In this document: in pieces, positions 36,396-49,100 of the stretch
Numbering within the stretch: the stretch's first letter is position 1
How the letters are laid out: each line of letters begins with the position of its first letter
NCBI GenBank assembly: GCA_976551045.1
Contig: CDPCPM010000233.1
Span: forward strand, 3,410,001 to 3,474,000
Source: Glaucostegus cemiculus
Lineage: Eukaryota
Reading direction: 5' to 3'
DNA length: 64,000 nt
The notes under the pieces: model-generated
Database searches by the model: none
Told to the model about the DNA's origin: nothing
What the model saw: only the letters and a program-made list of their open reading frames with translations
Translations under genes and position numbers: made by a program

Positions 36396-37929
36396 TAAGT
36401 GGGTGCAAATGAAAACCAATGTCATTTGTCATTCTCAGCAGATATCTTTTTGACTTGTTCAAAATATTATGCTTCACCCAAGCAATGCAAATCTATGGGG
36501 ATTATGGGCATTATACCTTGCTGCATATCCCCATGTGATCTCTGAAGTATAAGTTGCTTGTCAGGAAGACTTGAAGGAAAGAGCAGAAGATGTGGAATCA
36601 CTTAAATCGACAGGTCCTGGATCTTGGATACATTTCAGAAGTCAAACTTCTCCAAGGAGAATAAATGGTTCCTTTTTAAAATACATGCAGACTGTTCTCT
36701 CCAAGGGCTTCTGTCAGGAGGGTTAACAATTTACAGAAATATTCCGACACACCTCCAGCTTGTTTACAAGAAAGTATGGTGCAGTGACGTGGAAGATATC
36801 GTGGAAAAATGAATCCATTATTTATGTCACTACAGCCTGATGCATTGTTTTTCTCACACAATCATTTAAAGGAGTGCCATCCTCACAGAGGGTTGGTTGG
36901 AAAATCTTTTCTCATTTTCTGATCTGGCACATCCCACGGCAATGACACTTCTGATAGTTGTTTTTCAGAAAAAAAAATAAATTGCCAGATATTTTTTAAT
37001 GAAAATAGTGATCCTTTTCAGAGATCTTGTCATTCAACAATTCACATCCAAGGAGCTCTAGTGACCACTCATAAATGGAACCAACAAGAAAACAGTACTT
37101 ACCTAATGCTTTGAGGAATCATACACCACCCTAACTGAAGGTTTAACAATACCTCTGTCCCTGCCAAATGTCAGCCACCTTCTTGTGAGCATACAACAAC
37201 AGGTTGTGTTTACATTGCAAGTTTAACATGTAACATGCACAAGGAGCTTCATGGAAGTGTTATTAAACAGAATTTAAGATCCAGGGAGATGTTAGAATAT
37301 GACCAAAAGTCAAAATTATAGGCTTTAGAAAATGTCTTAGAAGAGAAGGAGATTTAGAAAAGGAAATGAGGTCGCACAAAGTTTTAATAGACTCAATAAG
37401 CAAATTCTAAGCTATATTTTACCACGATCTGCAAAGGCAAATTTAGAGCATTTCAATCAAACATGCAACAAGTTTTTCTTCCTGAACAGCACCTTTGGAA
37501 TTTCATAATATGGAAGAAACACAGAACCTAATGCTTCATTTTTTAGTTAGAACAGCTGAACTAAATTAATATGCTTCCCCTGTAAACCTCAAGAAGAGAT
37601 GCTCCATCTTATTACAGAAGTATGCTAGGTATTTGAATGTGAATTTAGCCATTCAGAAAATAAACATCTTGAGTTCAGTTTGGTGACCACCCCAGCAGAC
37701 TAGTTGGCTTATACAATATTTGAAAAGGAAAGGATAACAGGTAATTCTCCCAAAGAGCCCTGCTTGCCATCAATGTCCTCAAGTGATGGGCAATGACCCA
37801 CCAACAAACTCTGTCCACAATTTCCCCCTTATTATTTGAATACAGTATGAGCAACCCTACCAAATACAGGTGTCCACTTTTGTCCAAATCGTCCCACCAC
37901 TTCAAACCTTTCTCCGTGTCTTATTTTAA

Positions 37930-38485
37930 TTTTCATTCTCAGGGTGTGAAATTGCTGCCAAAGCCTGCATTTCATACCTACCCCCAAGTGCCTTGAGTGA
38001 GCCTCCTTCTTGACTGCTTAAGTCCTTCTGCCATAGGTATTTCCTTGGTACTCTGAGGTAAGCAATTCCAGATTAATTGGGTAGCAATAATGAAGGAAGA
38101 GCAATGGATTTCCATCAGGATGGGGGCAGGGAGGGGGATCTTGCAAGTGGCACTGACATACCTAATATGTCCCTCTAGGTGATAAGGATTTTATGCTTAG
38201 ACTGAGTTGTCAAGCCTTGGTGCATTGTAGATCGTGAAGTTATAACAAGCTGGAAGTGTAAGGAATAAATGTTTAGGATAGTGGATGGGTGCTTTGTACA
38301 GATTGGGTCAATCTCTTGACTTGTCGTAACCAACCAGGCAAGTAGGAATATTCCACCACTCTCTAAACCATGCCTTGTACGTGGTGGGAAAACTTGGGGA
38401 ATTTAGGTAACTCACTTGTCATGGGAGTCTCGACTTCTGACCTTCTCTTGTATTTGCATGGCTGGGCAGTTAAGTTTGTGATCTG
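37930..38485 (-). mobile_element. Old CR1-like LINE 3' remnant
   Basis: Colinear similarity with 40160-40680. Confidence 0.55.
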
Positions 38486-38790
38486 TAAGATAAGATAAAA
38501 TAAGATCTTTATTAGTCACATGTACATCAAAACACACAGTGAAATGCACCTTTTGCTTAGAGTATTCTAGGGGGTAGCCCACAAGTGTTGCCACACTTCT
38601 GGCACCAACATAGCATGCCCACAACTTCCTAACCCATATGTCTTTGGAATGTGGGAGCAAACCGGAACAGCTGAAGGAAACCCACACAGACACAGGGAGA
38701 ATGTACAAACTCATTACAGACAGCAGCAGGAATTGAACCCGGGTTACTGGCACTGTAGTAGTGTTATACTAACCGCTAGGCTACCATGCC
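38486..38790 (-). mobile_element. V-type tRNA SINE with Rex1-type tail
   Basis: Same family as 16816, 23608 and 48443; (tctta)n terminus. Confidence 0.92.
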
Positions 38791-39785
38791 TGGTAAGCCG
38801 ATGATGTTGGGGGATGCACATTCCTTACCGCCTGCACTCTCCCAACAACCATACTAGAGTAATACGGATGCCTAGGTCCAATCACCCTAGGTCTCTGGAC
38901 CTAGAGATTGCCGGCCAGGCATAACAAATCATCGGTGGTGTTTAGGCCCCATCTGGTGTACCATTGAACTCCCATTCTCAAATAACCTGACATCCTTTAC
39001 AAGAGACAAGACTGGGTGGGACAGAGCCTTACCTTCTGTCAAAGACAATGAGACTCTACAAATTTTTAATTTGTCTTAAAAAAACACATTAAAAAACTAT
39101 CAATATATTTTAATTAAAAATTTATTTTTAGAAATAAAAAAAAGTAAAACAGCTATGAAGGTTACATTAAAACACTAATAAGTAATTAAATACTATAAAT
39201 ATCAGTAAGAAGTTAATAAGCAAGCCACTGTGTGTTGAACCATTCTTCTCCGAATAGAATGTAAATGAGGAGGAAGATTTAATGAAGCCACTGGTTCCTC
39301 CATTCCCCGAGCTGAAGTCAGATTTTTCACCATCTATAGTCTCAAGAATGACAGGACCAGAATGCCAAAGCTACAAAGTCAATTATTTTATGGTAACAGG
39401 CGCATGGAATATTTGCATAGTACTGGGAACTAACTTGTGTTCAGTCAAATCTCTCAGATCCAAGAAAGAAGTTGCGAAACCTCTTATCGCATCCACCCAC
39501 TGATGTTATTTTATAACATGCACTATTATCCTTTTGAATGGAATTCATTGTTCACTTTGCCAGGTTTCTCTATCTTTTTTCTAGTAGTCACCTCAGATCA
39601 AGTTAATAACATATCTTGCTCAACCGGAATTCCTTTCAACAGACCACACCGCAGTTTATTGGGCTGTTTATCAATTCTCTAAATTAAGTGAAGACTCTGA
39701 AATGACAAACTAGTTCTGGTGAAGAAAACTATTCCTTGGAAACAAATAAAATGAGAATATATTTAATAGCATCACACATGGTGAC

Positions 39786-40146
39786 AAGATGGCGCTGGAG
39801 TGTGGTGACTTGTTGCAAGCTGCTCTCTACAGATCTACTCATTGACCTTACTATAATCATTCTACACTTTTAAATTTAAACCCTATGCCACTAACCAATA
39901 CTAATAATGTTCTTTTAAATCTTCTTACAGGGCTGGTGATCTTCTGACCTCCAGGATCAACTCTTGCACCTTATTGCACTGTACTTCCTCTGTAGCTGTG
40001 ACACTTTACTCCGTACTATTATTGTTTTTACCTGTACTACATCAATGCACTCTGTACTAACCCAATGTAACTGCACTGTACGATCAGTCTGTAAGACAAG
40101 TTTTTCACTGTACCTCGGTACAAGTGACAATAATAAACCAATACCA
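39786..40146 (+). mobile_element. Short non-autonomous Rex1-related element (aagatggcg 5' end plus Rex1 tail)
   Basis: Starts aagatggcgctggagtgtggtgact; 39962-40146 closely matches the Rex1 tail at 13190-13395. Confidence 0.65.
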
Positions 40147-40149
40147 AAT

Positions 40150-41620
40150 TGTTTTTTGGGTTGTGTGTTTCACTGGAATAGTCAACATTTATTTTCCATC
40201 CCTAATTAGCCTGGTATTGCAGTCCTTCTAATAAAAGAACTACCACAATGCTAAAGAGGAGGAAGTCCAAGGCACCCTCTAAGTCTGGACAGAGTGTGAC
40301 TTGGAGGGCAACTGCATTTCATGGCATTACCATATGTCCTTTGTGTTGGTAAAAGCTGCAAATCTGAGAGCTGGTGCCAGAATAGCTTTGGCAAATAACT
40401 GTACTGCTCTTTGTTGGTAGTACAACAGCATCCATTCAATGTCTATAGCGAGAGTAAAAGCTTACAGTGGTAGATGGGGTGTCAATCAAGTGGCTGCCTT
40501 GTCCCATACGGTGTCGAGTTTCTCCAATGTTGTTGGTGCTGCACTCATCCCCAGGCTAGTCCATCACGCTCCTGACTTGTGCCATGCAAATGGTGGAAAG
40601 CCTTTGGGATTTTAGAGGGTGGGTCATTTGCCACATGGTACCCATTCTCAGATCTGGTTCTTGAGCTTTTGGTCAATGATGACTCCATGGTTGGTGGGGA
40701 ACTCAGTGGTGGTAGTGTCGTTGTATGTAAAGTGAAAGTGGTTAAACTCAGCCTTTCGGAGAGTGATCATTGTCTGGCATTTTGTGGCAGAAATGTTGCA
40801 TGCCGCTTATCTACCCATGTCTGAATGTTGTCTAGGTTTTGCTGCATGAAGGTGTGGACTGACTCATTTTCAGAGCAGTTGCAAATGGAATTAATATTGT
40901 ATAAATTATCAACAATTATCTCCAATTTCAACCGTTGATCATATAAAGGCCATTGACGAAAGGCTAAAATGTTGAAGCTTAGGACAATGTCTACTGATTG
41001 CCCTACTGACACCATTGTCTTTTGTGTGAGCTATGACCTCAACCATTCGAGTATTTTCACATCCATGCCTATCGACAAACGTTACCAGGGCTCCTTGATG
41101 CTTCTCTGGGCCAGATGCTGCCTTGAATCAGTGGCAGCAACTCTCACCTCACCTCTGAAATTCAGCTCTTTGGTTCAGGTTTGGACCAAGGCTGTGATGA
41201 GGTCTGGAGGTGAGTGGTCTGTAGGAAACCCAAACTAAGCTGTGGCAAGTAGGTTATGAGTAAGTGCCCCCTAGTTCCACTATCAACAGACTACCTGGAT
41301 GGTTATCACCGTGACTGGATTTGTGCAACCTCTGGCATTACTTCAACCCACTTCACAATCTTTTTTACTCCAACAAGCTTCTGGAGCACACGTCTTCAGT
41401 ACTAAATCCTGGATGTTGTCTGGCCTGTGACCTTGGTGTATTCAATGATTTTCAGACACTTCCTGAAGTCACCTGGTGGGAACTGATTTGGCTGAAGACT
41501 GGCTTGAGTGAGGGTGGAGATCTCAAGAGAAAGTCGATTCAGATCGTTCACTTGGCCCTTTTGGGGGGATGTGTTTGTGAATGTCTCAGCCTTGCCTTTG
41601 GTACAGTGATGAGCATATTG
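40150..41620 (-). mobile_element. Old CR1-like LINE (second lineage)
   Basis: ORF 40767-41015 reads MQQNLDNIQTWVDKRHATFLPQ, typical of the post-YADD RT region; tail at 40150-40215. Confidence 0.75.
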
Positions 41621-43204
41621 TTAGAGGCACATGAAATGTGTGCCTCAAGAAGCAGAAACCATGTCAATGGGACACTAAGACCAGGTAAAAGGCACCCAGG
41701 AGACCTCCAAGGACTGATGGAATGGTTAACAGGTAACTATTTTTAGCAGCTTGATAAATAGAAGAGCTGTCTTTGAGAAATGGTCAATAGATGGTTGATT
41801 AGACTGTGGAATTTTACCTCACAAAACCAGGTATGTTGGGGCTGGATATTAAAAGGTTATAAGTAGGGATCCTTCCCTACTCCTACCTGCACATTCCGAA
41901 CTTCTGGTTATAATTTAGGTGGACAGAAGGTAGGTCAGAGATGGGCACTCCTAGGAAGTAGGACTGATTTTTTAAATGACTGATATTTTAAATATAAACC
42001 TGACCATCCAAGGCTCTAAGCCTCAGGAAAAGCAATGGCTGAAAGGAGGCGGAAACTGCCAGGGAGGAGCGTGCTTCCATTTGCCTGCTGGATCCAGATT
42101 ACTTGCCTCACCCACCCACTGTTATTGGACACATTTACTACCCCACGAAAAAGCTGGAAGAACTCAGCAGGTCAGGCAGCATTATGGAAGGAAATGGACA
42201 GTCAAAGTTTTGGGGTCAGATTCCAGCTGCAGTCTCTTTTGTTTAAATTTACCACCCCTCTCCTCTCCCAACCAGACATTTTTGATCTCCCCTCATCCTT
42301 CTGATCCACCTTGCCTTCCCTGGCCACCAACTTGCCTTCTCCTCTCTAATCTCCTTGTTCTGCGTTATAAGTTTGTATATCAGGGCTATATCGGCATGAG
42401 ATCATAATCAGCATTGTAGCAGTGAGAATGTGCACCTGTACTCTATGCCTGTGAAACAATGCTCCTTGCATGTCTGCACAACATAGAAACAACATTACAT
42501 GAGATTTAACTATCACTGTATGACGATCCCAGAACCTGAACATGTGTTTGTACTGGAGATGTCTGTGCATATACCTGAGAAAGTATTTTAAAATTGCAAA
42601 ATGATCATGCGCCTTCAATGATTGATCTAACAATAACCATGTTCATTTTAATGTGAGATACACTCATCATCCTCAACCATAATCACAACTAATAATCATT
42701 TTTATTTTGTGCTTTTGCTTATGCTAATCCCTGCAAAAACTTCATGGAACAAAATAAAAAATCTGCTGATCACAGACTGCTTCATAATGGAAGTGAGTAG
42801 AGAGTGATGCTTGGTTCAAGGTGTAAGCAAGTTCTGCTGAATCACATGTGAGTTATCAGTACCCAAATCACATGATATGCAATCACCAATTCCAATAACG
42901 GCTGCACTCTGAACATTCCTAAAAGAAATTCTTTTCCTTCTTTCAGCTAGTGTGAGTCAAAAATAGCCCACAGCAAACCAATCAGGAATAAGAACACTAG
43001 CAATTTCCTGCTGCTGGCGTCTCTTGGTGTTAAGAATTGTACTTTGACCTGATTTGAATAATAGGGTTTTTCCCTTTTTTTCCTCAAACAATATATGTAA
43101 TCAAAACATAAGAGGCTTTTTCACAAGGTGGTAGATTATTCTTTGATCATTTTCAGATGTTAAAATCATGACCTTGTTTATTATTTGGAGATGTTCAACC
43201 CTGA

Positions 43205-43410
43205 TCCAAGAGAGCCCAGCCAGGGGAAACATTAACTCGACATCTATCCTTTCAACCCCTTAAGAATTTTTCATGTTTTGATGAGGTCATCTCTCAATCT
43301 TCTAAACTCTAGAGAGCATAGACCCATTCTGTTTAACCCCTCCATGTACAGCAAACTCACCCTCCAGCAATTAACCTGGTTGACCTTCGCTGCACTCCTT
43401 TCATTACTAG
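43205..43410 (-). mobile_element. CR1 fragment
   Basis: ORF 43271-43471 ends GLCSLEFRRLRDDLIKT. Confidence 0.8.
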
Positions 43411-43959
43411 TTGTCATGATTCTGAGTACTGGCCCTTGATTTGGTTCCTTAGATGCCTCGGTGTACAGCACATGGATTCCATGCTGGACTGATTGCAGAA
43501 TGACACAAACCTGAGCCCCATCAGGGGGCCTAGCATAAGTGCCTGAGTTTCTCTAGCACTAGTTGCCAGAGGATTGGTCAACCTTTGGATATACTTTGGC
43601 TCCTTGCTGCTTAGCGTGGTCTACTCCAGAGCAGTCCTGTGTTCTCTATTCCTGCTTGAAGATTCAGGTTGTGTTGGGATTACTATTCACAGCTCCGTGG
43701 CAAGATTCCTTCCAGTTGCTGCTTGTGTTTGGTCCTGAGGAAGTATCCTGACTCCAGTCTTGTACCAGTGTGCTGCATTTGGGTTCTCTGTGAGCTTGCT
43801 CTTCAATCAACATTGTGACACCAGTACATATTTCCTTTTACCAGTTTTTTACTGATAGTACTTTTTCCTCATTTACTCTAAGCTTGCTGTCCTCCACTAT
43901 TTCCACAAGGCTTTCTCGGTCTTATATGAAGAACAATACAATATTTTTGTTGCATGCCA

Positions 43960-44733
43960 TTCCCAATCCCCTTGCCATTCCCACTTGCCTTGCCACTCCC
44001 ACACCAACCTTTCTACCCTCCGCCTTCTCCACTCCCAGGGTGAGGTCCAACGCAACCTAGAAGAACAACACCTCACAATCCCCCAGGGTAGTCTTCAACC
44101 CAATCATATGAACATTGAATTTTCCAATTGCAGGTAGCCTTTCCTCCTGTGTTCCCCTCTTTCTCTCCTTCTCATCCACTTCTGGTCCTCCCATTTTATA
44201 TTCCCTTTCCCACACACCCCTCCAGGCCCCCCATCACCCATTTTCATCCCTTTTCCCCCTCCTGGTTCCACCCACATCTTTCCCTGTTCCCACATAGGCC
44301 ATCTGCCCTGCATCTCTCCCTGAATAATTCCCATTGTCACCTTTCTTGCTCATCAGATTCCAGCACTTGTATTTTGTGGCACTGCTTATCATCTTCCAGC
44401 CTCTCTCTCCACCCACCTCTCATGCCACTGGCTCCAACCACCCTTTGTACTCTTTACTGTTTCTACCTATCACCCACCTGCCAACTCTACCTCTCTCCCT
44501 TCCATTATCCTTCACCCTCCTCAGTCCGCCTATCACCTACCTGCCCCTGTCTCACCCCCTGCTCCTGTCCTCTTTATACGAGTTGTCCTCCCTCTCTCCT
44601 CTCAGTCCTGATGCAGGGTTTTGTCCTGAATTGTTGACAATTCCTTTTCCCCTACGGCTGCTGCCTGACCCACTGAGTTTCTCCAGCAGTGTGTTGTTCA
44701 CTCCAGATTCCAGTATCTGCAGTCTCCTGTGTC
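43960..44733 (+). mobile_element. Penelope-like element 3' remnant with degenerate hammerhead (44604-44638)
   Basis: caacgcaacctagaagaacaacacctc...atgaacattgaattttccaat (QRNLEEQHL...MNIEFSN), a pyrimidine-rich UTR, and pLTR agtcctgatgcagggttttgtcctgaattgttgac. Confidence 0.85.
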
Positions 44734-44739
44734 CCTGGC

Positions 44740-45900
44740 ACAATATTTGCTTAATTTCTCTGCCATTTCCTCATTTTCTGCTATAATTTCTCCTGTCTCA
44801 GTCTTTGAGGGACCCAGATTAACATTAGCTAATCTTTTCCTTTTTGCATATCTAAGGAAGATCTTACAAACTGTTCTTGGGCTTCTTACCACCCCTCTCT
44901 GGTATTCTCAATTCCGCCCCCCCCCCCCCCACCACCCCCTGCAATATTGTAAGCCTCTTCCTTCAATCTAATGCTGCTCTCTTTAACTTCTCTTGATAGC
45001 CAAGGCTAAAACACATTTCTTTCTGGGACTCTTTTTGCCCAAAGAGTGTATATTTATTATTTGTAAACTATGCCATAATTCTTTAAGTGATCTATTGCTT
45101 GTTTACTGTCCTACCTCGTAATACAGCTATCCAGTCTACCACAGTCAACTCATGCTTTAACCTTAATAGACTGCTATATTCAGATGTAAGACACAAGTTG
45201 TGATTGAGCTAAATCACAATCAATCATTGCATGAAATTCTATCACATTATGATTACTGTTCTCTAAAGGTCTTTTTGTTGATTCCTGTTAGCAATTAATG
45301 CACATTTATTACACAATACTATAGCTAAAAATGGCCTGTCCACTCATAGTTCCTCAACATACTGATTTAGAAAACTATCTCTTATATATTCCATGAATGC
45401 AGCCTCCATAGTTTGATTTAGCCAATCTATACGTGGATTAACGTCCAGCATGCTTATCGGACTACCTTTGTTATGAACACCTCCAAGTTTCTGATTTACA
45501 CCATACCTTACATTATTATTACTTTTTGGGTCACTTTTGTATAACTTCACCAATGTTTTCTGCCCCTTGCTGATTTATTTGCTCCACCCAAACCGATTCT
45601 ACTTCTTGATTTTTCTGGGCTGAAATCCTTCCTCCCAACTGCCTTTATCCCGCTCCTGGTATCAGGGCCAGCCTTACCCCTCCTTGTTCATTCGACCTTT
45701 CTCTTTAAGAGTTAAGTGAGCTAGAGTACAAAATTCCTATCCTTGGTCACTTTGCAAACATATCTCTGCAATATGTTATTATGTTGTGTCTATTTATGGA
45801 ATTAATTCACCTACTTCATTACGAATGCTATGTGGATTCAGATAAATAGCCTTCAGTTTTTTCTTTGTATTCTTTTTCCTTGCAAATCTTTAATTGGAAG
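44740..45900 (-). mobile_element. Old CR1 fragment (APE and linker region)
   Basis: ORFs 45344-45553 (FMEYIRDSFLNQYVEE) and 44698-44892 (NLGPSKTETGEII..NEEMAEKL). Confidence 0.8.
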
Positions 45901-46533
45901 TATTCTGTGATGTTTGTATATTCCGTATTTTCCTGACAAGCTCGACTTATCTTTATTTTTCTAGCCCGAACTGTTAGTCTTTTTTCTATAACTTTCTAAA
46001 TTTCCTGTCATTGGAACCACCCCCTAACCAGGGTCCCCCTCCTCACCAATGCTCACTCCTACCCATGATGCCCCCATGACCCTTAGTTAAGTATAGTCAC
46101 TTGATAGCTTGGTTTGGGAGTTTGTGTGTCTTTGCCATTTTAAGGAAATAGCCGTGTGTTAGCTTGACAACATCCAGAGACATGGAGAGATAAGCAAAGG
46201 TCTCAGGTCTCAGCTTAATCTTTGAGGTAGGGTCACCAGAAAAATCAAAGGATGGCTTATATTAAAAAAAATCCAAAAAAATATCTTCAGATGTTGGAAA
46301 CCTAAAACAAAAATACAAACTGGAAATCAGGCAGCATCTTAGGAGAAAGAGTTAACATTTCAGGTTAATGACCTTTCATTTGATGGTATGTGTGACATGA
46401 TACTGGGAATCTGCTGTTGGTGTAGAAGTATAATGGTTACAAGTGAGGTCACAAGCATGTGGAAATGCAAAATGAATTTGCACAGAGGATTGGGTCTCAG
46501 GCATGTAGCTTCCTCACGGTGACCTAACTTGCA

Positions 46534-47586
46534 ATGGACTGTGCGGACCAGCTTAAAGATGTACTGGCTGACATCTTCAACATCTCCCTACAGCAGGCTG
46601 TTGTCCCTAAGTGCCTAAAATCTGCCACCATCATACCTGTTCCTAAGAAGTCTCCTCCAAAGTGTCTGAATGACTACCGTCCCATAGCTCTAACACCGAT
46701 TGTCATGAAATGCTTTGAGAGGCTAGTTATGAAGCACATTAGAGCCTCCCTCCCCCCATCCTTGGATCCTCATCAGTATGCTTATCAGGCAAACAGGTCC
46801 ACCAATGATGCAGTCTCCTCTGCCATGCACTCTGCACTATATCACTTAGAGAAGAAGGACTCATACTGCCGACTGCTATTCATCGACTTCAGCTCCACTT
46901 TCAATACCATCATCCCGCAACAGCTTATCAGGAAGTTGAGCGCTCTGGGCATTAACTCTCCTCTCTGCAACTGGATACTGGATTTTCTAACTTGCAGGCC
47001 GCAGTCAGTCGAAATTGGTGAAAACACCTCAAGCACCATCACACTGAGCACTGGCTCCCCTCAGGGTTGTGTGCTCAGTCCGCTCCTGTTCACCTTGTTG
47101 ACCCACGACTGTGAGGCCAGATTCAGCTCCAACCGCATTGTTAAATTTGCCGATGACACGACAATGGTGGGTCTTGTCACGAATGACGATGAGTCGGACT
47201 ACAGAGAGGAGGTGAAACAACTAGCCATGTGGTGCCATGACAACAACCTCTCCTTGAATGTGGATAAAACCAAGGAGATGATAGTGGATTTTAGGAGGGG
47301 TCACCGTGTGCACGCCCCGCTGACCATCAACGGGTCTGCTGTGGAACAAGTACGCAGCACCAAGTTCCTGGGGGTGCACATCACCGACGACCTGACCTGG
47401 TCCACTAACATTACGGCCCTCACAAAGAAAGCTCAGAAACGCCTCTACTTCCTGAGGAAAGCATACCCCCATCCCTCCGTCATGAAATCCTTCTACAGGG
47501 GGACCATTGAGAGCATCCTAACTCAATGTATCACTGTTTGGTTTGGAAGCTGCTCAGCTGCTGGGCGGAAGTCCCTCCAGAGATAG
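46534..47586 (+). CDS. Rex1/Babar reverse transcriptase ORF (truncated, lacks endonuclease; frameshift near 47583)
   Basis: 350 aa containing [41 protein letters not shown] and KFLGVHI. Confidence 0.93.
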   Translation: MDCADQLKDVLADIFNISLQQAVVPKCLKSATIIPVPKKSPPKCLNDYRPIALTPIVMKCFERLVMKHIRASLPPSLDPHQYAYQANRSTNDAVSSAMHSALYHLEKKDSYCRLLFIDFSSTFNTIIPQQLIRKLSALGINSPLCNWILDFLTCRPQSVEIGENTSSTITLSTGSPQGCVLSPLLFTLLTHDCEARFSSNRIVKFADDTTMVGLVTNDDESDYREEVKQLAMWCHDNNLSLNVDKTKEMIVDFRRGHRVHAPLTINGSAVEQVRSTKFLGVHITDDLTWSTNITALTKKAQKRLYFLRKAYPHPSVMKSFYRGTIESILTQCITVWFGSCSAAGRKSLQR

Positions 47587-48144
47587 TTAGGGCTGCAGAG
47601 TGGATCATAGGTGTCTCGCTTCCATCCCTCACAGACATATACAAAGACCGTTGTGTGAGGAAGACCAAAAGCATAATGGCCGACCCTTCTCACCCCTCCC
47701 ACCACCTCTTCACAATTTTGCCATCAGGGAGGAGGCTTAAAAGTATCAGGGCAAGAGTGACCAGGCTGAACAATAGCTTCTTTCCGCAAGCCATCAGAAC
47801 TGCAAACTCTCTCATCCCTCCATCTTCCTTTGTTAACACTAAGAGATGCTAGGTGCACAGAAATGCACCAGCACTTTAAATGCCCGACACCAGCCCGTTC
47901 ACTTTAATAACTATTTATTTATTTACTGGCCATTTTTAATTTAATCGGCGTAATAATTTAATTTCAACCTCCATAGCTTCTAATGTGTAATGTTTTGTAC
48001 TGTGTATTCTGCCAAGTGTGTATGTGTGTCTCTGTTGGTTGTTATGTTATTTTTATGGGACGAGCACCTGAGGAGGACGGTATCTTGCTCCTATGCATAC
48101 CATGTATGTATATGGTTGTGACAATAAAACTGAGTCTGATTCTG
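46535..48144 (+). mobile_element. Rex1/Babar LINE, 5'-truncated, young
   Basis: RT ORF, a frameshifted C-terminus (47526-47852 frame), 3' UTR, and tail gtgacaataaaactgagtctgattctga. Confidence 0.96.
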
Positions 48145-49100
48145 AAGTTCAAGTCAAAGTTGAATTTATTGTCATGTGCATAAGTACATGTGTGCACAGG
48201 TGCAATGAAAAGCCTACTTGCAGCAGCATCACAGGCACATAGCGTCAAATAAGGAGCATTCACAAGAAAAACAAATTAAACATAAATTATACACAATTTT
48301 TACAAGAAAGAATACAATTCAAACAAAAAACCAAAGTCCATCATAGTGCAAAGTGTTCAAAGTGGTCATGGTGTTGCTATACTGAGCTAGTAGTTAGGGT
48401 TGTGCAAGTTGGTTCAAGAACCAAACAGGAGTAGCTCTTCTTAGATCAGATTTCTTTATTAGTTACATGTACATCGAAACACACAGTGAAAAGCATCTTT
48501 TTGTGTAGAGTGTTCTGGGGGCAGCCCGCAAGTGTTGGCACTCTTCCAGCACCAATTAGCATGCCCACAACTTCCTAACCCATACGGCTTTGGAATGTGG
48601 GAGGAAACTGGAGCACCCAGAGGAAACCCACACAGCCATGGGGGAGAACATTACAAACTCCTTACAGACAGCGGCTGGAATTGAACCTGGGTCACTGGTG
48701 CTGTAATAGCGTTATGCTAACCGCTAGGCTACTGTGCCTGCCCACATGAATTATACCATGCCCATACCATGTCTTGAACCTGTTGGTGTGGGTCTTCAGG
48801 CTTCCATACCTCCTGCTCGATGGTAGCTGCGTGAAGATGGCATTGCTCAGATGGTGGGGATCTTTGATGGTAGATGTTGTCTTCTTGAGGCAGTGCCTCA
48901 TGTAGATACTACCAGCGGTGGGGAGGGATGTTCCCATGATGTATTGGGGCTGAGTCCACTACTTTCTGTAGCTTCTTATGTTCAGGCACATTTGAATTGC
49001 CATACCAGACCATTATGTAACCAGTCAGGATACTTTCAACAGTGTATCTGTAAAGTTTGGAAGAGTATTGTTCAGTAACATGACAAACCTCCTTCACAGG
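48145..49100 (-). mobile_element. Older Rex1/Babar 3' fragment, interrupted by a SINE
   Basis: ORFs 48909-49097 (YRYTVESILTGYIMVWYGN) and 48692-48937 (IKDPHH...LPSSRRY); tail at 48145-48175. Confidence 0.9.
48443..48738 (-). mobile_element. V-type tRNA SINE with Rex1-type tail, nested in Rex1
   Basis: Same family as 16816, 23608 and 38486. Confidence 0.92.
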
